Part shown: piece by piece, positions 35,074 through 43,452 of the stretch
Layout: each line of letters opens with the position of its first letter
How positions within the stretch are numbered: the stretch's first letter is position 1
NCBI GenBank assembly: GCA_036505175.1
Contig: DASXTV010000044.1
Location: 1,357 to 65,356, forward strand
Direction of reading: 5' to 3'
Length of the DNA stretch: 64,000 nucleotides
From: Gemmatimonadales bacterium
Lineage (GTDB): Bacteria > Gemmatimonadota > Gemmatimonadetes > Gemmatimonadales > GWC2-71-9
Notes under the pieces: model-generated
Database searches by the model: none
Seen by the model: the letters and a program-made list of their open reading frames with translations, nothing else
What the model was told of the DNA's origin: nothing
Program-made: the position numbers and the translations under genes

Positions 35074-36261
35074 CTAGTTGAAGGCGCTCAAGCCGGTAAT
35101 CTCCTGGCCCAGAATGAGTGTATGGACGTCGTGCGTCCCCTCGTAGGTGTACACCGATTCGAGGTTTGCGAGGTGCCGCATGGCCTGGTACTCCGCCAGG
35201 ATCCCGTTCGCGCCCAGCAGGCGGCGTGTCTCGCGCGCGATGTCGGTCGCCATGTTCACGTTGTTGCGCTTGGCAAGGCTCACCTGCTGGGGCGTCGCCG
35301 TACCCTGGTCCTTCAATCTTCCCAGCTGCACACACAAGAGCTGCGCTTTGGTGATTTCCGTGAGCATGTCCGCCAGGCGCGCCTGCTGCAGCTGGAACCC
35401 GCCGATGGGCTTGCCGAACATCACGCGCTGCTTCGCGTAGCTCACCGCTTCGTCGTAGCACGCCATCGCCGCGCCGACTGCGCCCCACGCGATCCCGTAG
35501 CGCGCCGCGGTGAGACACATGAGCGGCGACTTGAGACCGCCCGACTTCGGCAACAGGGCCGTCTTGGGAAGCTGCACGTCCTGCAGCACCAGCTCACTCG
35601 TATCACTCGCCCGCAGTGACAGCTTGCCCTTCTGGTCTTTCGCCGAGAATCCCTTCGTGTCGGTCGGCACGATGAAGCCGCGGATGGAGTCAGCATCGTC
35701 GATCTTGCCCGTCTTGGCCCAGATGATCGCAGCCTGCGCCGTAGAGCCGTTCGTGATCCACATTTTGGCGCCGTTCAGGACCCAGCCGTCCTTCGTCTCT
35801 TTGGCGACGGTGATCATGCCTGCCGGATTCGACCCGTAGTCCGGCTCTGTCAGTCCGAAGCAGCCGATCACCTTGCCGCTCGCCATGTGCGGGAGCCATT
35901 CCTGCTTCTGTGCTTCGGTGCCGAACGTGTAGATCGGATACATGACGAGCGCGCCCTGGACCGAGGCAAACGAGCGCACGCCGGAGTCGCCGCGCTCGAG
36001 CTCCTGCATGATCAGCCCGTAGGCGACGTTGTTCAGTCCGGCGCAGCCGTACGCTTCGGGGAGATTCGCGCCGAACAGACCGAGCTCCGCCATGCCGGGG
36101 ATCAGCTGTTTGGGGAATTTGCCCGCGACGTAGGATTCGCCGATGACCGGCATGAGGTTGTCGTCGACCCAGGCGCGGACGGTGTCGCGGATCGCACGCT
36201 CTTCTTCACTCAACAGACCATCGGTGCTATAAAAATCCACGCCTTGGAACTTCGCAGACAT
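35074..36261 (-). CDS. gcdH: Acyl-CoA dehydrogenase, glutaryl-CoA dehydrogenase-like
   Basis: 395 aa. CFGLTEPDYGSNPAGM, the ...YEGTHDVHTLILG C-terminal motif and overall similarity to GCDH. The subfamily call is from memory. Confidence 0.85.
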   Translation of the reverse strand: MSAKFQGVDFYSTDGLLSEEERAIRDTVRAWVDDNLMPVIGESYVAGKFPKQLIPGMAELGLFGANLPEAYGCAGLNNVAYGLIMQELERGDSGVRSFASVQGALVMYPIYTFGTEAQKQEWLPHMASGKVIGCFGLTEPDYGSNPAGMITVAKETKDGWVLNGAKMWITNGSTAQAAIIWAKTGKIDDADSIRGFIVPTDTKGFSAKDQKGKLSLRASDTSELVLQDVQLPKTALLPKSGGLKSPLMCLTAARYGIAWGAVGAAMACYDEAVSYAKQRVMFGKPIGGFQLQQARLADMLTEITKAQLLCVQLGRLKDQGTATPQQVSLAKRNNVNMATDIARETRRLLGANGILAEYQAMRHLANLESVYTYEGTHDVHTLILGQEITGLSAFN

Positions 36262-36305
36262 CAGTCACACGCTCCGAGAAAAGTTGCGCAGACGCCAAAG
36301 CTACT

Positions 36306-37160
36306 CTACTGCGCGGCTTGAGGCTCCAGGCTGGCGGCCTTGCGACGGGCGAATGCAGCCGTATCTGAAGGCTGAAACCGCTGCTTGGCGGATTCCCAGC
36401 GAAAGAACGTTACCTGCACGGCAGAAGGGTCGATGGTGACGAAGTTGAACGAGACCGGCCGCCCGCCCCGCGCTCGCGTCGACAGCGTGCCGGCGGTCGA
36501 CACGGCGACCCGACCCTCGAGCAGCTCGGCGCCTTCCTGGTGGTCGTGGCCGCACAGCACCACATCCGTGCCGGCGTCGAGGATGCGGCGTTGCGCGCGC
36601 CGCCACCGCGCGAGACCCATGCGCTGCGACATCTCGCCGCGCAACAGATTGTGATGAATCACGAGCACACGCGGCAGGCCGGCCTCCGCCTGCTCAAAGA
36701 CGGTCTGCACCCGCTGCATTTCGCTCTGGGGAAGATGGCCCTTCACGGCGACGTCGCGCAGCCGCAGGGTGAGCGAGCCCCACGCCACACCGTGCGCCGT
36801 GAGCACGGAGGCGATCACCGCACCGCCAGGAATCGTGAGCGTCGGCGTGAGGTCGGTGCCGAAGTAGCTGCGATACTTCTCGTAGACGGCGTCCTTGCTG
36901 AACGGAATGAGCGGCCGGCGCCACCACTGCACGTCGTGGTTGCCGGGAATCACGAGGACGGGCGCGGTCGCGCGCGCGAGATTGGCGAACGCCCGGCCGC
37001 GCTGGAACTCGCCGTGGCGCGCGCGCTGCGAGAGATCGCCGCCGATCACGATGGCGTCGGGCCGGAGGTCGGGCAGCATCCGCTCCAGCGCCTCGACCAC
37101 CGGCACGTTCGCCAGCCCCCCGAAATGCATATCCCCGATATGAGCGATTTGAACCGTCAT
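36306..37160 (-). CDS. Metallophosphoesterase
   Basis: IGDMHFG, GGDLSQRA, GNHDV, GHDHQ motifs. Confidence 0.8.
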   Translation of the reverse strand: MTVQIAHIGDMHFGGLANVPVVEALERMLPDLRPDAIVIGGDLSQRARHGEFQRGRAFANLARATAPVLVIPGNHDVQWWRRPLIPFSKDAVYEKYRSYFGTDLTPTLTIPGGAVIASVLTAHGVAWGSLTLRLRDVAVKGHLPQSEMQRVQTVFEQAEAGLPRVLVIHHNLLRGEMSQRMGLARWRRAQRRILDAGTDVVLCGHDHQEGAELLEGRVAVSTAGTLSTRARGGRPVSFNFVTIDPSAVQVTFFRWESAKQRFQPSDTAAFARRKAASLEPQAAQ

Positions 37161-38545
37161 TGCTCGATTTGCACTGTGTAGGTCAACGTCGCTTCGCCAC
37201 CCGCGGACACCGCGACGCGGAAGCGAGACTCGGTCGAAGACAACTTCTCCGGGGGAACGCTGCTCTCGATGATCTTCCAGCTCCCGAAGTGCGCTTCACG
37301 TACGTCCACGTTGACCGCCTCCGTCTTCGCGTTCGCCATCGTCACGCGATATGCCGCGGTCACCCGTTGGCGATTCGGCATGCCGCGTCGAATGGGCGGC
37401 AGTTGCTCTTGATTGAAATCGGTCTGCACCCGCTCGGCGGTGACGTCGAACGCATCGCCCGATTGCACGCGCAAGTCCCGCCCAGGCGCGGTGTGATTGT
37501 TGGACGCTTCACCGATCAGCTGTACCCGGCCGCTCGAGTCGGCCTGGTAGAGCTGCACCGTGCCAGCCGGCAGCGGCCGGTCGCCGAACGGTGTCTTGGC
37601 AGCGCGCTTGACCGTGTACCAGACCTGGACCGGAACACGATCGGGCTCGGGATTCTGCCCAATCCATCCACGCCACGGCAACACTCCCGGGACGATGAGC
37701 TCTTGAGTGACCGGTGCCGAGCTGCGCGGGAAGAGCGCGGTCGTCACGGGAACGTTGGGTTCGATCGAGAGGCGACCGGGGAGCTGGTACACGTGCGTCT
37801 CACCTACGGCCTCTTCGGTGGCAGACGCCTTCTCCTCCTCTGCAACTGCGAGCTGACCCCTCACCATCCACCGCACTCCCGCGTCGGCTGGAGCCGCCGG
37901 CGCCCGCGTACGACGAATCGCTCCCGCAACGAGCTGGATGTCGGCGCTATCGGCGCGTACCGTCTGCGACGTCACGGTTGCTGTTCCCGTCACCTGAGCG
38001 CGGGCACTCGTCAGGATCACCTGATAAAGAGCCTCCCACGACGCTCCCTGCGCGACGTAGGCAAGCTCGGTCCGCTGGCGCGCACGTCCGGCATCCAGCA
38101 CGAGCTGCACCTCCGGAGTTGTGCGAACCAGCTCCGCCGGGAATAGGGGCTCGCCCGGCGAGCCGAGCAGCAATCGACCATCGGAAAGCTTGTACTGCGG
38201 CGGGTCCACGCGCACGACGGTCGCGCGGATCGTATCCCCTTTGCTGCGAACAAACGACATTGTCTGGCCGATGGCACGTGCTAACGCGTCGCTTGCCGTG
38301 CTGGGATAGCGAACGGTCGCTGATGACACGGAAACCGATGTGTCGGTTGAGAACAACGTCGCCGGATCGAGAGCCTCGAGCCGCAGCGTCAGCGCGTTGC
38401 GTCCCTGCTGCAGCGCCTGCGGCAGCGTACGCCGCACCACCACTCGGCCATCTCTATAAATGGAAAGCGATGTCTGTGCTGCAAGGGGAGCTCCGAGGAG
38501 GGCCAGCACCCCCGATAGCCGATAGCCAATAGCCAATAGCCTCAT
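37157..38545 (-). CDS. Exported hypothetical protein (possibly DUF4139-like)
   Basis: Start chosen at MRLLAIGYRLSGVLALLGAPLAAQ (signal peptide), an ATGA overlap with the upstream stop. Beta-rich, 462 aa. The family guess is weak. Confidence 0.65.
   Translation of the reverse strand: MRLLAIGYRLSGVLALLGAPLAAQTSLSIYRDGRVVVRRTLPQALQQGRNALTLRLEALDPATLFSTDTSVSVSSATVRYPSTASDALARAIGQTMSFVRSKGDTIRATVVRVDPPQYKLSDGRLLLGSPGEPLFPAELVRTTPEVQLVLDAGRARQRTELAYVAQGASWEALYQVILTSARAQVTGTATVTSQTVRADSADIQLVAGAIRRTRAPAAPADAGVRWMVRGQLAVAEEEKASATEEAVGETHVYQLPGRLSIEPNVPVTTALFPRSSAPVTQELIVPGVLPWRGWIGQNPEPDRVPVQVWYTVKRAAKTPFGDRPLPAGTVQLYQADSSGRVQLIGEASNNHTAPGRDLRVQSGDAFDVTAERVQTDFNQEQLPPIRRGMPNRQRVTAAYRVTMANAKTEAVNVDVREAHFGSWKIIESSVPPEKLSSTESRFRVAVSAGGEATLTYTVQIEQ
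38514..38541. repeat. Tandem heptamers (GATAGCC x2, AATAGCC x2) inside the first codons of the exported protein gene
   Basis: Read directly: GATAGCC GATAGCC AATAGCC AATAGCC, ending 1 nt before the start codon complement (38543-38545). Encodes LLAIGYRLS on the minus strand. Confidence 0.7.
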
Positions 38546-38859
38546 TTGAGAAACTCCAGTGTTACGCGTTTTGCTATGAGAAACGTCAACACGTACCACA
38601 GGAGCACGCACGCCGCCCCCACCAGCCGGGCCGTCCGCTCCACAGGCAGTGCCAGGGCCACATACACCGCAAGCGGCACGGTCGTGCCGATGGCTACCAG
38701 CCGCGCGATCCTGCTCGCCCGCCGCTCGAGCAGCCGGGTACAGTTGGGGCACAGCCCACCAATCGCGATACCGGCGGTGTTTTCGCCGCATTTCGCGCAC
38801 GGATGGCTAGGCCCTAACCCGCTTAACCACGGCGCGGGCGAACTCGGCCGTAGCAGCAC
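38542..38859 (-). CDS. Small zinc-ribbon membrane protein (hypothetical)
   Basis: CAKC-x14-CPNC zinc ribbon followed by two hydrophobic helices. The only ATG/GTG/TTG start in frame is GTG 38859, 53 nt inside the IDH gene. ATGA-coupled to the next gene. Confidence 0.45.
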   Translation of the reverse strand: MLLRPSSPAPWLSGLGPSHPCAKCGENTAGIAIGGLCPNCTRLLERRASRIARLVAIGTTVPLAVYVALALPVERTARLVGAACVLLWYVLTFLIAKRVTLEFLK

Positions 38860-39835
38860 GTCCCCCCAAATCCGGTGTGCGGATCTTGTCCTGCACGATG
38901 GCCGCCTCGAGCGCGCAGCGCAGCCGCTTGCCGGCCTCGAGCGCGCCCAAGTGATCGAGCATCATCGCAGCGGCGAGCATTTGCGCCGAAGGATTGGCGA
39001 TCCCCTTCTCCGCGATGTCCGGCGCCGAGCCGTGCACCGGCTCGAAGATGGCGGCGTGCGTCCCGATATTGGCGCCCGGCGCGAGCCCCAGCCCGCCGAT
39101 TAACCCGGCCGCTTCGTCGGACAGAATGTCACCGAACAGATTCGTCGTGACGATGACGTCGAACTGCTCGGGCTTGATGACGAGCTGCATGGCGGTATTG
39201 TCGACGATCTTGTCGTCCGAGGCGATCGAGCCGGCGTACTGCTCGGCGACGCGCCGCGCGACCTCGAGAAACAGCCCCGACGTCGCCTTCAGAATGTTTG
39301 CCTTGTGCACGATCGTCACTTTCTTGCGGCCGTGCATCTTGGCGTACTCGAACGCGTACTTCGCGATGCGCTCGCTCCCTTCGCGCGTGACGATCGACAT
39401 CGCCTGCGCCATGGCCCGCCGGTCGCCGCCGATCTTGAACGTGTGATCGAGACCGACGTACAACCCCTCCGTGTTCTCGCGGATGATGACGAGATCGACA
39501 TGCTCATAGCGTCCACCCGGAACGATCGTCTTGGTAGGCCGGACGTTGGCGTAGAGATCGAACTCCTGGCGCAGCGCCACATTGACCGAGCGATACCCGC
39601 CACCGACGGGGGTGGTGAGCGGCCCTTTGAGGCAGAGCCGGGTGCGGCGGATGGAGTCGAGCGTGGCGTTGGGAAGCGGCGTACCAGCCTTTTCCACGGC
39701 CGCCATGCCGCCGTACTGCTCGTCCCAGTCGAACTGCATCCCCAGGGCGTCGAGCACTTGCAGCGTAGCCTCGGTGATCTCGGGACCGATCCCATCGCCG
39801 CGGATCAGCGTGGCTTCGCGGACCTCCCCGGTCAC
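38807..39835 (-). CDS. Isocitrate/isopropylmalate dehydrogenase family, NAD-dependent isocitrate dehydrogenase-like
   Basis: LIRGDGIGPEI, RSVNVALRQEFDLYANVRP, IIRENTEGLY, NLFGDILSDEAAGLIGGLGLAPGANIG motifs. Confidence 0.9.
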   Translation of the reverse strand: MTGEVREATLIRGDGIGPEITEATLQVLDALGMQFDWDEQYGGMAAVEKAGTPLPNATLDSIRRTRLCLKGPLTTPVGGGYRSVNVALRQEFDLYANVRPTKTIVPGGRYEHVDLVIIRENTEGLYVGLDHTFKIGGDRRAMAQAMSIVTREGSERIAKYAFEYAKMHGRKKVTIVHKANILKATSGLFLEVARRVAEQYAGSIASDDKIVDNTAMQLVIKPEQFDVIVTTNLFGDILSDEAAGLIGGLGLAPGANIGTHAAIFEPVHGSAPDIAEKGIANPSAQMLAAAMMLDHLGALEAGKRLRCALEAAIVQDKIRTPDLGGRAATAEFARAVVKRVRA

Positions 39836-40497
39836 GGGAGGCCCGGTGTGAGACTCTTCACCGCTCGCGTGAGCGCGGTCCAGGGATCATCGCCCTCGCC
39901 CCGAGCGGTGGTGCGCCAGCCGATCTTGCCAACGCGCGAGTCGATCAGGACAACGGATAGCTCGGCAGTGGCCGTCCGGCCCTCCGAGCGTCCGACCGTC
40001 CGGCGGAACACGAGCCCTGCGGGCACGAGGACGTATCGTCCTCCCACCAATCCCATCATGGTCCGGAGCTGATATCGCAGCGGGTCCGGCACGTCCACGA
40101 TGTTCGTAGCCCGCAGGAATGGCGTTCCCAACTGGTCGGGATCGGCGGCGATGCCCGGCGCGCGCCGCGCCGCGTGCCGCAGCTCGGCCGGGCCGACCCA
40201 CGTGACTTCCGGCGCCCGCGCGGTGAGCAAGGTGCCGATGATGCTGTCGCTCTTGTCGAGCGTGGTGCGACGGTCCGCGATGAGGGCGTCCCAATGGAGT
40301 GTGTCCTCAGCGGCGACCAGTGCAAGCGGAGTGATAGCAACGCGCTGGCCGGCGAGACCGGCGGTTGGCAGCGGCGCGGTGGGATCGGGAGTCGGGGTCT
40401 GCGAGGACTTCTTCCCCCCACAGGCAAGACTCACTGACACCAGACACCAGACACCTATCAAGTATTTGGTTTTCAACGGGTTACTCACGCGCCGCAA
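39832..40497 (-). CDS. Hypothetical lipoprotein
   Basis: Lipobox VSLAC-GG after a hydrophobic N-terminus. Alternative TTG start at 40476. Confidence 0.6.
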   Translation of the reverse strand: MRRVSNPLKTKYLIGVWCLVSVSLACGGKKSSQTPTPDPTAPLPTAGLAGQRVAITPLALVAAEDTLHWDALIADRRTTLDKSDSIIGTLLTARAPEVTWVGPAELRHAARRAPGIAADPDQLGTPFLRATNIVDVPDPLRYQLRTMMGLVGGRYVLVPAGLVFRRTVGRSEGRTATAELSVVLIDSRVGKIGWRTTARGEGDDPWTALTRAVKSLTPGLP

Positions 40498-40498
40498 T

Positions 40499-41359
40499 CT
40501 AAGCGAGCGTGAGGCCGCCGTCCACCACGATCACCTGTCCGGTGATGTGCCGTGCCGCGTCGCTGCACAAGAACAGGATCACGCGCGAAACATCTTCCGG
40601 CTCCGCCACGCGGCCGAGCACCGACTCATGCTCCGCGCGCTCCAGCACTTCGCGCGGCAACTGGGTGAGCAGCTCGGTTTTCACGAAACCCGGCGCGACC
40701 GCGTTCACGTTGATCCCCGCCGAGCCGAGGTCCACGGCCGCGGCCTTGGTGAGACCGATGAGCGCCGCCTTGCTGGCGGCGTAGTTGGCGATGCCGAAGC
40801 CGGGCCGGAATGCCTGATGGCTCGCGACGTTGACGATCTTGCCGAAACGCTGGGCGCGCATGTGTGGGGCGACGACGTGAATGCAGTTGAACGCGCCGGT
40901 GACATTGGTGTCGATGACTTCGGACCAGGCTTCGGGTGTCAGTCGCCAGAGCGCGCCGTCGTGGGTGACGCCGGCGTTATTGACGAGGTAGTGGACGCCG
41001 CCGAGCTTGCTGCGCACTTCGCTCACGAAGTACTCGACCAAATCCATCTCACGCACATCGCACAGCGCCGAGTAACAGGGAACGCCGCACGCTTTGATCG
41101 CCGTCTCAGTGAGCAACGCTTGCGGCCCGACTTCGCGTCCCGGCATCTCGACGTAATTGAAGGCGACACCGCAGCCGTTCTGCGCGAACTCGAGCGCCAC
41201 GGAGCGGCCCAGGCCGGTAGCGCCGCCGGTGACGATGACGACGCGTCCCTTCAGGGACTCGGGCTTCGGCTGGGGTTGGGGTCGCTCCTGTACCGCGGGC
41301 GCGGAGGCGGCGCGCCCCCCCCCGCTCGACGACCAGGGATACGGACCAGAGGGGCTCAA
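40499..41359 (-). CDS. Short-chain dehydrogenase/reductase (FabG-like)
   Basis: VTGGATGLG, NNAG, YAASKAA motifs. The start is uncertain: TTG 41359 leaves a ~38-aa Gly/Pro-rich extension, and the track start at 41476 overlaps cstA. Confidence 0.8.
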   Translation of the reverse strand: MSPSGPYPWSSSGGGRAASAPAVQERPQPQPKPESLKGRVVIVTGGATGLGRSVALEFAQNGCGVAFNYVEMPGREVGPQALLTETAIKACGVPCYSALCDVREMDLVEYFVSEVRSKLGGVHYLVNNAGVTHDGALWRLTPEAWSEVIDTNVTGAFNCIHVVAPHMRAQRFGKIVNVASHQAFRPGFGIANYAASKAALIGLTKAAAVDLGSAGINVNAVAPGFVKTELLTQLPREVLERAEHESVLGRVAEPEDVSRVILFLCSDAARHITGQVIVVDGGLTLA

Positions 41360-41382
41360 GGAGTTCGAACCTATGTTCGAAC

Positions 41383-43452
41383 TTGAACATCGGCAAGCGG
41401 CGTCGCAACTTACGCCGCGTGCGACCGCTGTCCATCGTCGGCTGGGCTGCCGTCTCGCTGCTCGGTGCCGCCGCATTCGGTGTGCTCGCGCTCGCGCGCG
41501 GCGAGGCGATCAGCGCCGCCTGGCTGCTGATCGCCGCCGTCTGCACCTACGTCATCGGCTATCGGTTCTACTCGAAGTTCCTCGCCAATAAAGTCTTCGG
41601 TCTCGATCCCCGCCGCGCGACGCCCGCCGAGCGCTTCAACAACGGTCATGATTTCGTCCCAACGAACCGGTGGGTGCTGTTCGGCCACCACTTTGCCGCC
41701 ATCGCGGGTGCGGGTCCGCTGGTGGGTCCGGTACTGGCGGCGCAGTTCGGATTCCTCCCGGGGACGCTGTGGCTCATCATCGGCGTGGTGCTGGGCGGCG
41801 CGGTCCAGGACTTTACGATCCTCTTCTGCTCGCTGCGCCGCGACGGCAAGTCGCTCGGCCAGATGGCCAAGGAGGAAGTCAGCAAGGTCACTGGCGTGAC
41901 AGCGATGATCGCCGTCCTCGCGATCATGATCATCCTGCTCGCCGTGCTGGCCCTGATCGTCGTCAATGCGTTACGCGCATCGCCGTGGGGACTGTTTACG
42001 ATCGCCTGCACCATTCCCATTGCGCTGCTCATGGGTTGGTGGATGAAGCGGTGGCGGCCGGGCAAGGTCGGCGAAGCGTCGATCATCGGGGCGCTGCTGT
42101 TGTTGATGGCGCTGGTCGCCGGCGGGAGCGTCGCGAGCCACCCCGGTCTGGCGGCGGCGTTCACGCAGAGCGGCACGTCCATCACGGGGATGATGATCGC
42201 CTACGGCTTCATTGCGTCCGTGCTCCCCGTCTGGATGCTGCTCTGCCCGCGCGACTATCTCTCGACCTTCCTGAAGATCACGACGGTGCTGGTGCTGGGC
42301 CTCGCGATCCTGATCATCCTGCCGCCGCTCAAGATGCCGGCGCTGACGCCCTTTGCCACGGCCGGCGAGGGGCCCGTCTTTGCCGGCAAGTTATTCCCGT
42401 TTGCGTTCATCACGATCGCCTGCGGCGCGATTTCCGGTTTCCATTCGCTCGTCGCCTCGGGGACGACGCCCAAGATGATCACCCACGAAACCGACGCGCG
42501 GATGATCGGCTACGGCGGCATGATCATGGAATCGTTCGTCGGGATCATGGCGATGATCGCCGCCTGCACGCTCGATCCCGGCGTCTACTTCGCCATGAAC
42601 ACGACGCCCACAGCGCTGGCGGGCGCAGCGGACGTGTTGAACCAGGCGGGATTTGTGGTGACGCCCGAATACATGCAGGCGCTGGCGGCGCAGATGGGCG
42701 AACAGACGTTGATCGCGCGCACCGGGGGCGCGCCGTCTCTCGCGGTGGGGATCGCGCACATCTTTTCCGGCCTCACCAGCGCCCTCGGCGGCAAGACACT
42801 GTCCGCCTTGTGGTATCACTTCGCGATCATGTTCGAAGCGCTGTTCATTCTGACCACCATCGACACGGGCACGCGCGTCGGGCGCTTTATGCTGCAGGAG
42901 ATCGTCGGTCACGTCTGGCCCAAGTTCGGCGAAACGTCGTGGCTGCCGAGCGTCGTGATCGCGAGCGGTCTGGTGTGCGCGGGATGGGGCTTTTTCCTCT
43001 ATCAAGGCGTCGTGGACCCGCTCGGCGGGATCAACTCCCTTTGGCCGCTGTTCGGGATTTCGAATCAGCTGCTCGCGGCCGTGGCGCTCTGCGTGGCGAC
43101 GACGATCCTGATCAAGATGGGCCGCCAGCGCTACGTCTGGGTGACGCTCGGTCCCCTCGCGTGGCTGATCATCGTGACGATGACGGCGGGGTATCAGAAG
43201 ATCTTCTCCGCTGATCCGAAGCTCGGCTTCCTGGCGCACGCGGCGTCGCTCGCGCAGTCGGCGGATCCCAATGCGGCGCGCATGATCCTCAACGACCGCC
43301 TCGATGCCGCAATCGCGCTGTTCTTCCTGGCCGTCGTCGCCATGCTGGTGTTTACGTCGGCGCGGGAGTGGTGGCTGGTGTTGTCGCGGCGCAAGCCGGC
43401 CGTGGTACACGAGGCCCCGTTTGTAGCCAGCACGCTGGGCGCAGCGCCATAG
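41383..43452 (+). CDS. cstA: Carbon starvation protein A (peptide/pyruvate transporter family)
   Basis: 689 aa polytopic. CTYVIGYRFYSKFLA..., HFAAIAGAGPLVGPVLAAQFG, ACGAISGFHSLVASGTTPKM motifs. TTG start as given by the track. Confidence 0.92.
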   Translation: MNIGKRRRNLRRVRPLSIVGWAAVSLLGAAAFGVLALARGEAISAAWLLIAAVCTYVIGYRFYSKFLANKVFGLDPRRATPAERFNNGHDFVPTNRWVLFGHHFAAIAGAGPLVGPVLAAQFGFLPGTLWLIIGVVLGGAVQDFTILFCSLRRDGKSLGQMAKEEVSKVTGVTAMIAVLAIMIILLAVLALIVVNALRASPWGLFTIACTIPIALLMGWWMKRWRPGKVGEASIIGALLLLMALVAGGSVASHPGLAAAFTQSGTSITGMMIAYGFIASVLPVWMLLCPRDYLSTFLKITTVLVLGLAILIILPPLKMPALTPFATAGEGPVFAGKLFPFAFITIACGAISGFHSLVASGTTPKMITHETDARMIGYGGMIMESFVGIMAMIAACTLDPGVYFAMNTTPTALAGAADVLNQAGFVVTPEYMQALAAQMGEQTLIARTGGAPSLAVGIAHIFSGLTSALGGKTLSALWYHFAIMFEALFILTTIDTGTRVGRFMLQEIVGHVWPKFGETSWLPSVVIASGLVCAGWGFFLYQGVVDPLGGINSLWPLFGISNQLLAAVALCVATTILIKMGRQRYVWVTLGPLAWLIIVTMTAGYQKIFSADPKLGFLAHAASLAQSADPNAARMILNDRLDAAIALFFLAVVAMLVFTSAREWWLVLSRRKPAVVHEAPFVASTLGAAP

